Assembly: GCA_012862495.1 (NCBI GenBank)
Contig: BLSG01000421.1
Location: forward strand, 85,191-134,190
Origin: Thraustochytrium aureum
Lineage: Eukaryota
Direction: 5' to 3'
DNA length: 49,000 nucleotides
The position numbers and the translations under genes are program-made. Every line of letters begins with the position of its first letter. Position 1 is the stretch's first letter. The notes below the pieces were generated by a model. That model was not told where the DNA came from. It saw only the letters and a list, made by a program, of their open reading frames with translations, and did no database searches. Below, in pieces: positions 1-10,455 of this stretch.

Positions 1-212
1 TCACGCCAAGCGGTCTGGAGGAAAGTGCGCAGCTTGGAACTGGGTTTTCTTTCTCTTGCCGGACCTAATCATAGGTTTGGCGGCGCCGTTTCAATCACGT
101 TTCGTTGGCGGTCGCGCCGCCCGACCTAACACCCAACCACTGGCAAATGGGTACTTGATCAAGAGTACTGAGAGTACATCAATGGAGAATGGAAAAATGA
201 ATCGAGATGGTT

Positions 213-2015
213 CTACTCCTGGCTCAGCCACCCACGGATTGTGCTTGTGCCGCGCTCGTTCCCAGCGAGCTGGAGCGCAGCCGAGATTTCGCCTGAAAGG
301 GCAGAGAAGCTCGACCAGTCGAGCTCTGCGATGCCAGCCTTGCTGTCGATGATGACCACCTTCAAGGTCACCTTGGTCCCTGGCGCGACGCCAAAGTATG
401 GCTGGTCAGCTGTGGTGGCGGAAATCGTGCCGAAGCGAATGGAGTGAAGGTACTCGAAGGCGGCTGGCGTTTCAAGTTCCTCGAATGATTGCGCGGCCTT
501 TAGTGCGTGCGAGGCCTCCTCGCCGAACACTGGAAGGTGTGATAGCTTGATGAGCCCAGGCTCTTGCGCGCCTTTCTGGAACAGGTTTTGGATGTCGCCG
601 AGGTCGCCACCGTTCGTGTTGATGACCACGACCAAAGCATCGCCATCCTTCGCGCCGGCCACGAGGCTTGAGACACCCGTGTTATCCACATAGCCTCCAT
701 CGACAAGGGCAACGGGGCGGGCGGCAGCCGCGTCGGCGAGCCAAGACTTGCACGACTGGCCGTTGCGAGGGCCCATGTCGGACATGCTGCTCATGAAAGC
801 CTTGCTGGCGTCCGACTCGGCGCCACCCAGAAAGACTGTGAGGTCCAAGAGTTGGCGGTACACCGACGTCGGGAGAGGGCTCGCGAGAATCTCGATGTTG
901 GAGTACGCGCTGACGACTTGGCCGAGGAAAGACGAGGACGTGGCAACCGCGTTGGCGAGGCTCGCGGCGTTGCTGCCCATGCCAAGCATCGGGGCTGTGC
1001 TGGCGCTCGTCGAGCTTTCGATCGGCGAGCCGAACGAGAACCAGCCCGGCTTGTCAAGCAGCTCGTAGCTGAATTTGATCAGTTCCCCTTGCCCGATCGG
1101 GCCGCTGGTGAAGGGCAGGGGCGAGCTCCCGGACGTCTTGCCAAGGACCGTGCTGAACGTGACGGGCAGAGACGGGCCGGCATCGGCAGGCCTAGTGGCG
1201 TTGACCGACTCGGCGCGGTACGTGATGGACCTCATGGCGCCATCGCACTTTTGCGCGAGCGAGCCGAAGGCGCCACGACGGGAGCTGAACTGTTCCTGCA
1301 CGATCGCCCCGGCCACTGCCCAGACCTTGCCCTTGCTCCAGTCGTTTACCGTGCCTTGCGCGAGCGACTTTGAGGCGTCCAGGTCACCTGGGATCTCCAG
1401 GATGGCCTCCACAAAGCTCTGCCAGCTCGTGCCCTTAAGTACGACGTGGTTGAAGACGACAAAGCCCCAGTCGCCGAGGCTTCGAGCGTTGGCGACGATC
1501 CACTTCCAGATCGCTTGCAGGATGCCCTGGATGTCGTCCAAGGTCAATTCGACGTTCGGGTCCTCGGCGATCATCGCCAGAGAGGGGCTTCCGAGCCTTG
1601 GTTTCGGAGTCCACGCAAGGAAGGGCTCGATCCACTTTTTCTGGTACACCGCGGCCGTCGCGGAAGGGTCTGCCTTGCCCGCGGACATCTCATCGACCAT
1701 GTCGACAAAGTTGCGCGAGTAGGCGAGCTGCGCGAAGAACCAGGAGCCTCCCGAGTTGGACCCGATCGCCTCGGTGTCCTTGAAGAGGGTCGCGAGCTTG
1801 GTGTGTGCCGAGTCGCCTGGCATGCCACCGACGAGCCCGGCGATCAGTCCGGTGTGGACAGCGTGCGCGCGGAACCCCCCTCCAGAGAAACTGATTACTT
1901 TGGCAGTGGCGTTGTTGTCTTGGAGGTGATCCTCGCCGTCTCTCGTGGCCCTGAGCCTGGCTCCGGCAGCGTACCCTACCAGGAGGAGGGCGTACGAGAG
2001 CTTTCGCAGTTGCAT
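213..2015 (-). CDS. Secreted cPLA2/phospholipase B-like (patatin-fold) lipid acyl hydrolase, 600 aa
   Basis: Intact ORF with a signal-peptide-like N-terminus (MQLRKLSYALLLVGYAAGA). Motifs: SGGGFRA oxyanion loop, GSNSGGSW nucleophile region (cPLA2/PLB GxSGG/S-W) and LVDGG catalytic Asp. Confidence 0.7.
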   Translation of the reverse strand: MQLRKLSYALLLVGYAAGARLRATRDGEDHLQDNNATAKVISFSGGGFRAHAVHTGLIAGLVGGMPGDSAHTKLATLFKDTEAIGSNSGGSWFFAQLAYSRNFVDMVDEMSAGKADPSATAAVYQKKWIEPFLAWTPKPRLGSPSLAMIAEDPNVELTLDDIQGILQAIWKWIVANARSLGDWGFVVFNHVVLKGTSWQSFVEAILEIPGDLDASKSLAQGTVNDWSKGKVWAVAGAIVQEQFSSRRGAFGSLAQKCDGAMRSITYRAESVNATRPADAGPSLPVTFSTVLGKTSGSSPLPFTSGPIGQGELIKFSYELLDKPGWFSFGSPIESSTSASTAPMLGMGSNAASLANAVATSSSFLGQVVSAYSNIEILASPLPTSVYRQLLDLTVFLGGAESDASKAFMSSMSDMGPRNGQSCKSWLADAAAARPVALVDGGYVDNTGVSSLVAGAKDGDALVVVINTNGGDLGDIQNLFQKGAQEPGLIKLSHLPVFGEEASHALKAAQSFEELETPAAFEYLHSIRFGTISATTADQPYFGVAPGTKVTLKVVIIDSKAGIAELDWSSFSALSGEISAALQLAGNERGTSTIRGWLSQE

Positions 2016-2064
2016 TTTTCTTGGGTTTTACGCGGTGGGCTTTGTCGCTTGTGTTTGCGTTTGT

Positions 2065-2098
2065 TGATGCTTGGTGTCTTGCGTCTGATGCTTGGTGT
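2065..2098. repeat. 21-bp tandem repeat running into an assembly gap
   Basis: tgatgcttggtgtcttgcgtc is followed by tgatgcttggtgt and then the N-run. Confidence 0.6.
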
Positions 2099-2628
2099 NN
2101 NNNNNNNNNNNNNNNNNNNNNNNNNNNNNNNNNNNNNNNNNNNNNNNNNNNNNNNNNNNNNNNNNNNNNNNNNNNNNNNNNNNNNNNNNNNNNNNNNNNN
2201 NNNNNNNNNNNNNNNNNNNNNNNNNNNNNNNNNNNNNNNNNNNNNNNNNNNNNNNNNNNNNNNNNNNNNNNNNNNNNNNNNNNNNNNNNNNNNNNNNNNN
2301 NNNNNNNNNNNNNNNNNNNNNNNNNNNNNNNNNNNNNNNNNNNNNNNNNNNNNNNNNNNNNNNNNNNNNNNNNNNNNNNNNNNNNNNNNNNNNNNNNNNN
2401 NNNNNNNNNNNNNNNNNNNNNNNNNNNNNNNNNNNNNNNNNNNNNNNNNNNNNNNNNNNNNNNNNNNGGCCACAGTGAATCAAAGTTCCACTCGCTGAAC
2501 GCGAACGCCAATTCAGTTGGACTCTCTGCGAGCAACGAAGCTTCGTCCGTCCATGGCTCTCAGCAAGTTGCTTGGATCGTCCACGGTGATCGATCGTCAA
2601 CAACTTGATTGAAGTTTGTCGTGGATGC

Positions 2629-2671
2629 TCCGTGCCAACATTGGAAGTCCGTGCCAACATTGGAAGTCCGT
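2629..2671. repeat. 19-bp perfect tandem duplication
   Basis: tccgtgccaacattggaag occurs twice, followed by a partial third copy (tccgt). Confidence 0.85.
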
Positions 2672-3426
2672 CACCCGCCAGGGTCTCTCCTGACTTCAGA
2701 CATTCGGTTGCGCTTCCGCTTCGTCCGTGACTGGTCTGGCGCCTCTTCAGCACGCGGGCGCTGTCCCGCGCAAGGACCGCCAACGACGACAACCCAGACT
2801 GTGTGTCAGTCAGGCAAGCGCGCAGCTTGGTTCGCGCCGCCCGCGCAGTGGGAGGGAGCTCAGCAGGGAATAGGCCCCGACGACGCCTCGAGACGGCGAG
2901 CGGCTGAACGGCCCTCCTTGCATTGAGCTCTTTAGCGCTTGCGTGCTCTGCGAAAGCGCGCCGGGGCAGGACCAAGGCAGCAATTCGAGCCCTCTCGAGC
3001 TGGACCTGCTGCTCGCCGCTGGCTGGCTGGCCGGGCTCATCATCAACAAGCCCGACCGTGGGCTGACGCGTTCATCGTTCTCTTTGTTCGTCCTCGACTA
3101 GTCCATAGTTCCTTGTTCGTTCACGACATCTGGAGGGCCGCGAGCACTGCGCGTCAGCCGCCGAATCCGCTCTTGAAATGAATTTACTAATGGATTGCAC
3201 GGCATTTGTAGCGCCACTCCACTGTCGTCGCGGACCGAAAGGAAGACCTGCTGGTGCGCAGAGTGCCTCGCGTGTGGCACAAGCTCCACGAGTTGATGAG
3301 GCCGCTGCGGGAGTGCACAAGCCGCCGGCGAGCAGATACCGAACGCGACGCACCAGGAGCTGGACAAGTGAACTCGCGCAGGGTCGCAGTGAAGCGTTTT
3401 ATAGGCAGAGCGGAGCGGAGAGCAAG

Positions 3427-3645
3427 ATGCCCACGACCGTGTTCAACGTGGAGATGTCCTGCGGCGGCTGCAGCGGCGCCTGCACGCGCATCTTGAACAA
3501 GATCGACGGCGTGAGCGAGGTGAACGCTGACATGGATAAGCAAAAGATCACTGTGTCGCACTCGAGCGCCGCGTCGCCGGACGCCATGCTCGCGGCGCTT
3601 CAGAAGTGGGCAGAAAACGCTGGCAAGAAGGTGTCCTTGGCGTAA
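3427..3645 (+). CDS. ATX1: Copper chaperone ATX1/ATOX1 (HMA domain), 72 aa
   Basis: MPTTVFNVEMSCGGCSGACTRILNKIDGV carries the MxCxxC metal-binding motif and the protein ends in a GKKV tail. A TTTATA box lies about 25 bp upstream. Confidence 0.93.
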   Translation: MPTTVFNVEMSCGGCSGACTRILNKIDGVSEVNADMDKQKITVSHSSAASPDAMLAALQKWAENAGKKVSLA

Positions 3646-3983
3646 GGCAGCACCGCGTCGCTTGCCTTGCACACTGTGAGATAGGCCAACGGCCGCTGGC
3701 GCTGGGGCCGACCTGCGGCGCTGGCGTGTCGTGCACGGGCGCCCCTCAGCGTGCGAGCAGCATGAGGAGCGGGAAAGGAAAGCCTTGCTGTTTGGCTTGT
3801 CGAATGGCCGGCCCGCGCAGCCGCAGTCGCACGGGAAGGACTAGTTGGATAGAGTGGCGCCAAAGGAATCCAGTTTCTAGTTTATTTGTCGCGTCTCCGC
3901 CTGCGCCGGCTGTTGGGCGGCACTTTGGCCCACCTGCGTCGGGCGTGCGGGCCCGTAGGGCGGCGCCAAGCACTAGGGTACAA

Positions 3984-4654
3984 CTACTTGAGGAGGATCT
4001 GGCAAATTGGTGCATCGCGCTCTTGAGCTCTTGCGGCTCGTGCGCGTTGACAGACACGATCTCGTACTGGCGCGGGATATCCATCTTGTCGCGGATCTCC
4101 GACTCCTTCATCTGGCCCTTTTGCATCTTGACGTTGGCCACGACCATGATTAGCGAGTTGACGAGGTCCACCTCGTGGATCAGCTTGTGAAACTCCTTGC
4201 GCGCGTCAGGCATGCGCGACTCATTGTTGGCGTCAACAACGAAGAGCACTACGTGGGGCTTGGCCGTGCGATAAAAGTGCCTCCACAGGGGCCGCAGCTG
4301 TCCAGGCGGCCGCCTCTCGCCGTCAGCGGCCTGCCTACCCGCTGCGACGCGAGCCCTCGCCAGCCGGCCACTTACATGCACTTCCCCGCCAGGTCCAAAA
4401 AGTGGAACTGGAACCGCCGTTTGCTGTACACCCGCTCGATCACCGCATAGTTGAACCCTGCCGTGGCTGCGGCGTCAGCCAAGCCCGCGACCCGCGCCGC
4501 CCCGCTCCGCACCAGTCCGCGCGCACGTACCTTTCGTCGGGTCAAAGTCCTCGAGCACATCGCCCCCAAGCCGCAGGTTGAAGAGGATCGTCGACTTGCC
4601 CGCGCGGTCGAGGCCGACGAGGAGGACACTAAACTTGGACCTGGACGCGCCCAT
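3984..4654 (-). CDS. ARF-like (ARL) small GTPase with two introns; atypical G3/G4 motifs; 3' end uncertain
   Basis: MGASRS N-myristoylation motif, GLDRAGKST P-loop, PTKGFN G2 across intron 1, DLAG, LRPLWRHFY and LFVVDAN. The stop at 3984 assumes one missing A (FAKILLK*); otherwise the frame reads on to 3746. Confidence 0.8.
4298..4375 (-). other. Spliceosomal intron 2 of the ARL gene (about 78 nt)
   Basis: GTAAGT donor, GCTGAC branch site and CAG acceptor. The phase fits only if one G is missing in the upstream GGGG (giving DLAGEVH|LRPLW) or a weaker upstream AG is used. Confidence 0.65.
4458..4530 (-). other. Spliceosomal intron 1 of the ARL gene (73 nt)
   Basis: AAG|GTACGT donor, GCTGAC branch site and CAG|G acceptor; splicing restores TKG-FNY. 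Confidence 0.85.
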
Positions 4655-5810
4655 CGCCGCCTTGCGCACGCCGCTGCCTGTTCCCACCCGGCAGACAAGC
4701 CAGCAGGCCGTGCACGCGAGCCTGTCCCACGCCCTATGCAGCCCACTGCGCCCAAGCTGCGCAGCCGCGAGCGGCCCACACGTCGCGCTGCGCGTTGCGG
4801 CTCTGGCGGCGGCGGCATCGAAACGCTCGCATGGATCGAGCGAGGAAGGGCCGGGCGCAGCGGCAGACCGCCATCTTTGGACGCAGGCCCGTCAGGCTGC
4901 ACCGCGGCGGCGCCAACGCGACCCTGCGCGCGGCACGCACGGAAAGCGGAAGCCTTGGCGCTANNNNNNNNNNNNNNNNNNNNNNNNNNNNNNNNNNNNN
5001 NNNNNNNNNNNNNNNNNNNNNNNNNNNNNNNNNNNNNNNNNNNNNNNNNNNNNNNNNNNNNNNNNNNNNNNNNNNNNNNNNNNNNNNNNNNNNNNNNNNN
5101 NNNNNNNNNNNNNNNNNNNNNNNNNNNNNNNNNNNNNNNNNNNNNNNNNNNNNNNNNNNNNNNNNNNNNNNNNNNNNNNNNNNNNNNNNNNNNNNNNNNN
5201 NNNNNNNNNNNNNNNNNNNNNNNNNNNNNNNNNNNNNNNNNNNNNNNNNNNNNNNNNNNNNNNNNNNNNNNNNNNNNNNNNNNNNNNNNNNNNNNNNNNN
5301 NNNNNNNNNNNNNNNNNNNNNNNNNNNNNNNNNNNNNNNNNNNNNNNNNNNNNNNNNNNNNNNNNNNNNNNNNNNNNNNNNNNNNNNNNNNNNNNNNNNN
5401 NNNNNNNNNNNNNNNNNNNNNNNNNNNNNNNNNNNNNNNNNNNNNNNNNNNNNNNNNNNNNNNNNNNNNNNNNNNNNNNNNNNNNNNNNNNNNNNNNNNN
5501 NNNNNNNNNNNNNNNNNNNNNNNNNNNNNNNNNNNNNNNNNNNNNNNNNNNNNNNNNNNNNNNNNNNNNNNNNNNNNNNNNNNNNNNNNNNNNNNNNNNN
5601 NNNNNNNNNNNNNNNNNNNNNNNNNNNNNNNNNNNNNNNNNNNNNNNNNNNNNNNNNNNNNNNNNNNNNNNNNNNNNNNNNNNNNNNNNNNNNNNNNNNN
5701 NNNNNNNNNNNNNNNNNNNNNNNNNNNNNNNNNNNNNNNNNNNNNNNNNNNNNNNNNNNNNNNNNNNNNNNNNNNNNNNNNNNNNNNNNNNNNNNNNNNN
5801 NNNNNNNNTC

Positions 5811-6536
5811 TACGTTGAGGTAGATTGGGCTCCTACTTGGACCAGGACACCCGAGCACACTTCAAGGGCGACATGGCGCAGCGCGAGAAGCGTCGCCAAG
5901 CCAAAGTGCGCGCGGACAACCGGCACGACCGGCAGGCGAGGGACAGGCTCCGCAAGACGGCTTTCGCAGAGGCCTACATGGGGTACAACGTGGACTACCG
6001 CGAGTACGCCGAGCGTCAGAGGGCGCAGCAAGAGGACGTAGAGCGGCAGCTCGCCCACGCCTTTGACGCCTCGCTCAGTGGGGCGCCAATTACTGCCGAG
6101 GACGAGGCTGCGCTCGCCGAGGCCATCGAGAGGGCCGCCAAAGGCACCGTTTGGGGCTCCGGTCCCAGGACCAGCGGCTCCTTTTCTGCCATCGTCAACA
6201 GCAACGGGCACTTCCCGGAGCTCGCGTCCACCTCGCCGCCGTCTGGCGCGCTGGCGCCTGCCCCTCCGCCGTCGCGGGGTGGTGGTGGCTCGGCAGGGGC
6301 GGCTTGGGCTGGGGCTGGAGGCGCTGGAGGAGGGTCTTGGGGAGCCGCTGAAACGTCCGCAGCCCTCTGGCCGGCGTCCCTCCGCCTCGCCGCCAGGCGA
6401 GACGAGCGACGCGGCCAGGCCTGCGGGTGCTGGTGCTGGAGGAAACGTGCCACTGGTATCCCTGGCGCCCAAGCATGCAAAGTCCGGCAAGAAGGCCATG
6501 CTCCTCAGCACGACTTCCATGCAGCGGCGCCGCTGA
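5811..6536 (+). CDS. RNF10: RNF10/Mag2-like E3 ligase, C-terminal part (5' end in gap; two apparent frameshifts)
   Basis: YVEVD(L)GSYLDQDTRAHFKGDMAQREKRRQAKVR resembles the RNF10 charged helix. SFSAIV and HFPEL motifs follow, and the C-terminus KSGKKAMLLSTTSMQRRR* (frame of ORF 6063-6536) matches the RNF10/Mag2 tail. The RING domain is not visible. Confidence 0.7.
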
Positions 6537-7326
6537 TCATGACACGAGAAGGAGGCCACCTGGACCAGCCAGTCGGGGTGCGGCCTCGCGCAACGGAGGC
6601 GGTCGCGGCGGCAAGAAGGCAAGGTGGTAGAGGAGTACGTACTCACCGTACTCACCGTATTCGGTCGTGGGCCAGGCTCCGATCCTCCGAACCCGCATCC
6701 GGACCAAAGTTCGTGGGATTCCGGGCGGCGGTCGGGCCCCCAGCAACCGGTGCCCAGGCTCGATCGAGAGGCAGCCTGTTGGCGGAAGCTCGATACCCTA
6801 GCCCAAGCCCGCCAAGTCCGGCAGGAGTTAGGTCATGACTCGCGCGATCTGTTCTGCTGGATCGGGTCCTCGCCGCGATTTCACCCCCGCGAACGGCTAA
6901 ACACCGGCTGCGCCGCTCGCGGTTTCGCACTCCCGAACTGCCGATCCGGTTGGCTTTACGGCCTGCGCTGCCCACCTAACTGTAAACATCTGTGCTGCTG
7001 ACACCGCGCGCGCCCCCTCCGCGCGTCACGATGCCACCCCCGTGTCGCGCCCCGCGAGTCGGTTCGCGTCACCGCGGGCAGGCCGCGCTCGCACCAGGAC
7101 TCCTCGCGTCACTGCTGGCCCCGCGCGTGTCGCGTTCCCCGCCTCGTCCCCGTCACGCAGCTGGCCAGCAGTGACGCGCGGCGCATCTGGTGGTTGGGAT
7201 TGGCGAGCAGGGAAAAAAAGGAAAGGCACCTTGCACACGCCGGCAGGTTGGGAGATAGGGCGCAAGGTGACGGAGACGCAAGGTGAAGCAGCCTTTCCTG
7301 CCCTATTTTGTCAACGAGACTCGAGC

Positions 7327-7463
7327 CAGGCAGGCAGCCAGGCAGCCAGGCACGCAGGCAGTCTCTCGACAGAAGGACGCGCGGGCAGAGCCGAGCAGCG
7401 TGCGACAAAGACAGAAGGCAGTCCATCAGCGCAGGCAGGCAGGCAGGCAGGCAGGAAGGCAGG
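7327..7463. repeat. (GCAG)n/(GCCAG) microsatellite-like tract upstream of the acidic protein gene
   Basis: gcaggcaggcaggcaggcaggcagg at 7431-7455 plus degenerate copies at 7327-7360. Confidence 0.8.
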
Positions 7464-7577
7464 CGCAGTGGCGTGCGTTTGGGGATCTGCAAAAAGTCGA
7501 GTCGGTTGCTCGTAGCTTTTGCGCAGAGCGAGGTTGGTCGCGGTGCGGTGCGGCTGGGTCACGCAGAGCGAGTGAGG

Positions 7578-8066
7578 ATGAGCGACGTGGAGGAAGAGCG
7601 TGTCGTGGATGTCGACGAGGAGGAGGAGGAGGATGCCCGCGATGACGGCGACGACAACGGGGACGACGACGACGACGACGACGACCAGGAAGGCGGAAAC
7701 GGCGGCCTTCCCCTCGACAGCCTCGTGAACACCGAATTCAACGACGAAGAGGAGGAGCAGGACGAGGACTACAACGCCAAATCGTTCGCCAACGACGAGG
7801 ACGATGAGGGCGACGACGACGATGAAGACGACGACGACGACGAAGGCGCAAAGAAGCGCGGCTCAGCTGGGGACGATGACGATGACGAGGGCGAGGGCGA
7901 GGAGGACGACAACGAGGAGGACGACGGTGACCGCCCCAGCAAGCGCGCGAAAGGCGAGGAGGACGACCAGGATGATGGCGAGGAGGATGATGGCGAGGAG
8001 GATGACGACGATGCTGGCGACGGTGACGGAGGTGACGACGAAGATTATGAGGACGACGACGAGTAA
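7578..8066 (+). CDS. Small, extremely Asp/Glu-rich protein (162 aa) with two NLS-like basic patches
   Basis: ATG at 7578; consistent GAC/GAG codon usage; AKKRG and RPSKRAK embedded in D/E tracts. Confidence 0.75.
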   Translation: MSDVEEERVVDVDEEEEEDARDDGDDNGDDDDDDDDQEGGNGGLPLDSLVNTEFNDEEEEQDEDYNAKSFANDEDDEGDDDDEDDDDDEGAKKRGSAGDDDDDEGEGEEDDNEEDDGDRPSKRAKGEEDDQDDGEEDDGEEDDDDAGDGDGGDDEDYEDDDE

Positions 8067-8105
8067 ACCCAACCTCCTGTATTCTCGGCGCCCATCGATC
8101 TCTGG

Positions 8106-8115
8106 CTAGAGCTAG
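8106..8115. promoter_or_regulatory. CTAGAGCTAG 3'-flank motif, copy 1
   Basis: Exact 10-mer about 40 bp after the stop at 8066; function inferred only from recurrence. Confidence 0.45.
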
Positions 8116-8587
8116 AACAGTGAGCAAAGATAGTAGAGAGCGCCTGTCCCCCCCCCGCTTGCCCACGCCGACTTGCCCCGTACTTCGGTTCGCGCGTTCG
8201 TTGGTTCGTTTGTTTTGTTTTGCTGCCGCTGGTGCCTTCTGTGCGGGCCAGCATAGCGGAGCCCTGCCGCAGTCCATGGGAGCATGCGCACCACGCGGCG
8301 AATGGAACCGCCAAGCTGTTCAGTGAAAGTAATGAAACATGGTTGGTGGTGGTGCCCAACTCGGGAAAAAAATAATCTTCATTCCGAACGCACTTCGCAA
8401 GAAACGGAAGCAGTTCACGGGGACCCATCAGACGGAACCGAGGGCTCACCCCAATAATAAGAAAGTCTGCGCCAACCCCCAGGGCGAAGGCCTCGCCCGC
8501 GCTAGCCACCAAAGTGGGGTTGCACTTGTGTAGGTCCTGGGGCTGGTCTGCTCAGCGACGCACTCGACGACAGGACGGGGGGGCTCT

Positions 8588-8601
8588 CTAGCTAGAGCTA
8601 G
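8588..8601. promoter_or_regulatory. CTAG-CTAGAGCTAG 3'-flank motif, copy 2
   Basis: Lies about 15 bp beyond the stop of the minus-strand gene ending at 8617. Confidence 0.45.
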
Positions 8602-8616
8602 GTCTCTCGAGCGGGC

Positions 8617-9408
8617 TCAGGGCAGAGCGCTCGTCTCTGCAATGGCAGAAATCACCGTCAGGCCGATTGCGCTGCCAATCGTCAGCTGGCCCACGCAGAG
8701 CCCAAACGTCAGCACACTCAGGCATGAGGCCTGCTTTTCAAACGCCTCAATGTCGTCTACCTCCTTCTGGTGGCCCAGCTCAATGGACTCCTCCGCAGCG
8801 AGCAGCTTGCGCTCCGCCCACATCGCAGGGAGAATGAAGGTGCCGATCAAGCCGCACCCGACCAAAACCCCCGTCGCAGTCGCCTCGCGAAACGCCAGCG
8901 TAGCGTCGCCGACATGACCTGCCTCGTGCAAGGTTCTGGCGTACGAACGCGACTGCACCACGTAGAGAGAGCCAAAGAGCACAAAGGTCACCGCGAGCGG
9001 CAGGTGCAGCGTGGCGCCGATCGTGTAGCAGACCGCGTTTCTGCTTATCTGCGGGACGACGGCCATGAGAAACCCAAACAGCCCGGCCACGATGGCGAAC
9101 TCGAGGATCGGCAAGTCGAGCAGCTCGTCCTCGCCGAGCTCCGAAGCCGCCTGCTTTTGCCAGAACGCGGTCAGCGGCAGGCAGAACGCAAAGACGATGT
9201 TGCCTGCCAACAAAACATGGTGCGGCACGCCGTGCGGATCGGCGACTGCCGCAGACAGGTATCGAGGCGCGACGCGCTTTACCCCAGCTCCGCGTCTTGC
9301 GGTATCCGCGTTCACCAGCCGCCAGTCGATCAGCACGGCAAGCAGTGCGCATAGAATCACCACCACGCCGCCCACCACGGGCACAACGGTCTGAGCTGTC
9401 ACGGCCAT
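8617..9408 (-). CDS. Multi-pass membrane protein, Frag1/DRAM/Sfk1 (TMEM150/CWH43-N)-like
   Basis: About 6 hydrophobic segments; PRYLSAAVADP after TM1 and LHLPLAVTFV resemble the family's PYIS and H-x3-A-x2-FF motifs. Confidence 0.55.
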   Translation of the reverse strand: MAVTAQTVVPVVGGVVVILCALLAVLIDWRLVNADTARRGAGVKRVAPRYLSAAVADPHGVPHHVLLAGNIVFAFCLPLTAFWQKQAASELGEDELLDLPILEFAIVAGLFGFLMAVVPQISRNAVCYTIGATLHLPLAVTFVLFGSLYVVQSRSYARTLHEAGHVGDATLAFREATATGVLVGCGLIGTFILPAMWAERKLLAAEESIELGHQKEVDDIEAFEKQASCLSVLTFGLCVGQLTIGSAIGLTVISAIAETSALP

Positions 9409-9899
9409 CGCGCGCGGGTCTGCAGGCCGTCCCAATCCAACACCCTCGCGTCAGAAAGTGCAGGATCAAGTGCAACTCTCGAGACGTGCCAGCATTCCAG
9501 GTCTGTTTTCTCGCCTTCTCGCCTCCGGTTTTGGATGCGAATGCGTTGGATTCCCTGCGCTGGCACTGGCATAGGCCAAGAGCAAGCGAAGGGAGGGTTG
9601 TACAGTAGAGTACCTCCTTACTTCCCGCGAATGGAGTGCGACGCGTCCGATTACTCTTCCATGCTCACCCAGTAGAGTACCGCCTGACGAGACCAAAAGA
9701 TCGATCGATCATCCGCCCTCCATGCTGTCTGTCCTTGGTTCACCCCTCTGGTCAAGGTGGTCCTGGCAGGCGCTTGCGCAGCAGCACCCAGCAGGAGTGT
9801 GGAGCATCCTCAACTTCAAACCTTGCTTGTCCTCGACGAGGCACCGCGGAAGACCACGACGTGGCCAGCGCCGTCCCACCCGAGGTGTGCAAGGCCCCC

Positions 9900-10455
9900 A
9901 CCTATTTGCAAGCAGCGCGCAGCGTGCAACCCGTTTCGCAGGATTCGTGGGGCTGCCACGAGCCACCGAGCGACGGAACCCCCTCCCATCGGCCGCGATC
10001 GTTGGATGGAACGGTGTGCGCGGCGGCGCTGGGCCGCGCTGGTCCTCTGCAGGCTCGCGAGGCCGAGCAATTCGTGAACCTGGCCCACACCAGCTTGCTT
10101 GCGCTTGTCCTTCTCGACGGCCTCATCGGGGTGCGCTCCGGCACGGCGTGCTCGGCCAGTTCGCCGGCCATGCGGCCTGCGCCTCGCGCGACGACCGGGC
10201 CGACTCGGAGTTGTGCTTGCTGAGCTTGCCGGCCTCGTTGGCGAGGCGCTCGAAGTCTTCGTCCACGACAGTCGTCCTTCAACCTCTCGGCGCGACGCCC
10301 TCGTCGGCGTGGGCCTGCTCGATGTGCTCGAGCACATCGAGCACAAGCCTCGGCGCGCTTGTTCCTCCACCCCTGCTGCGCCTTGTCGTCGTTGGCGCCC
10401 GCGGCGCTCGTGGTCTTGGATGGGCCGAGGTCCTCCTTGCTCTCGTTGCAGGAGC
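9900..10455 (-). CDS. 3' fragment of a hypothetical gene with several frameshifts (5' end in gap)
   Basis: Protein-like segments appear in successive frames (ESKEDLGPSK..., LVLDVLEHIEQAH, VVDEDFERLANEAGKLSK, HPDEAVEKDKRK). No family recognised and the boundaries are approximate. Confidence 0.3.
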
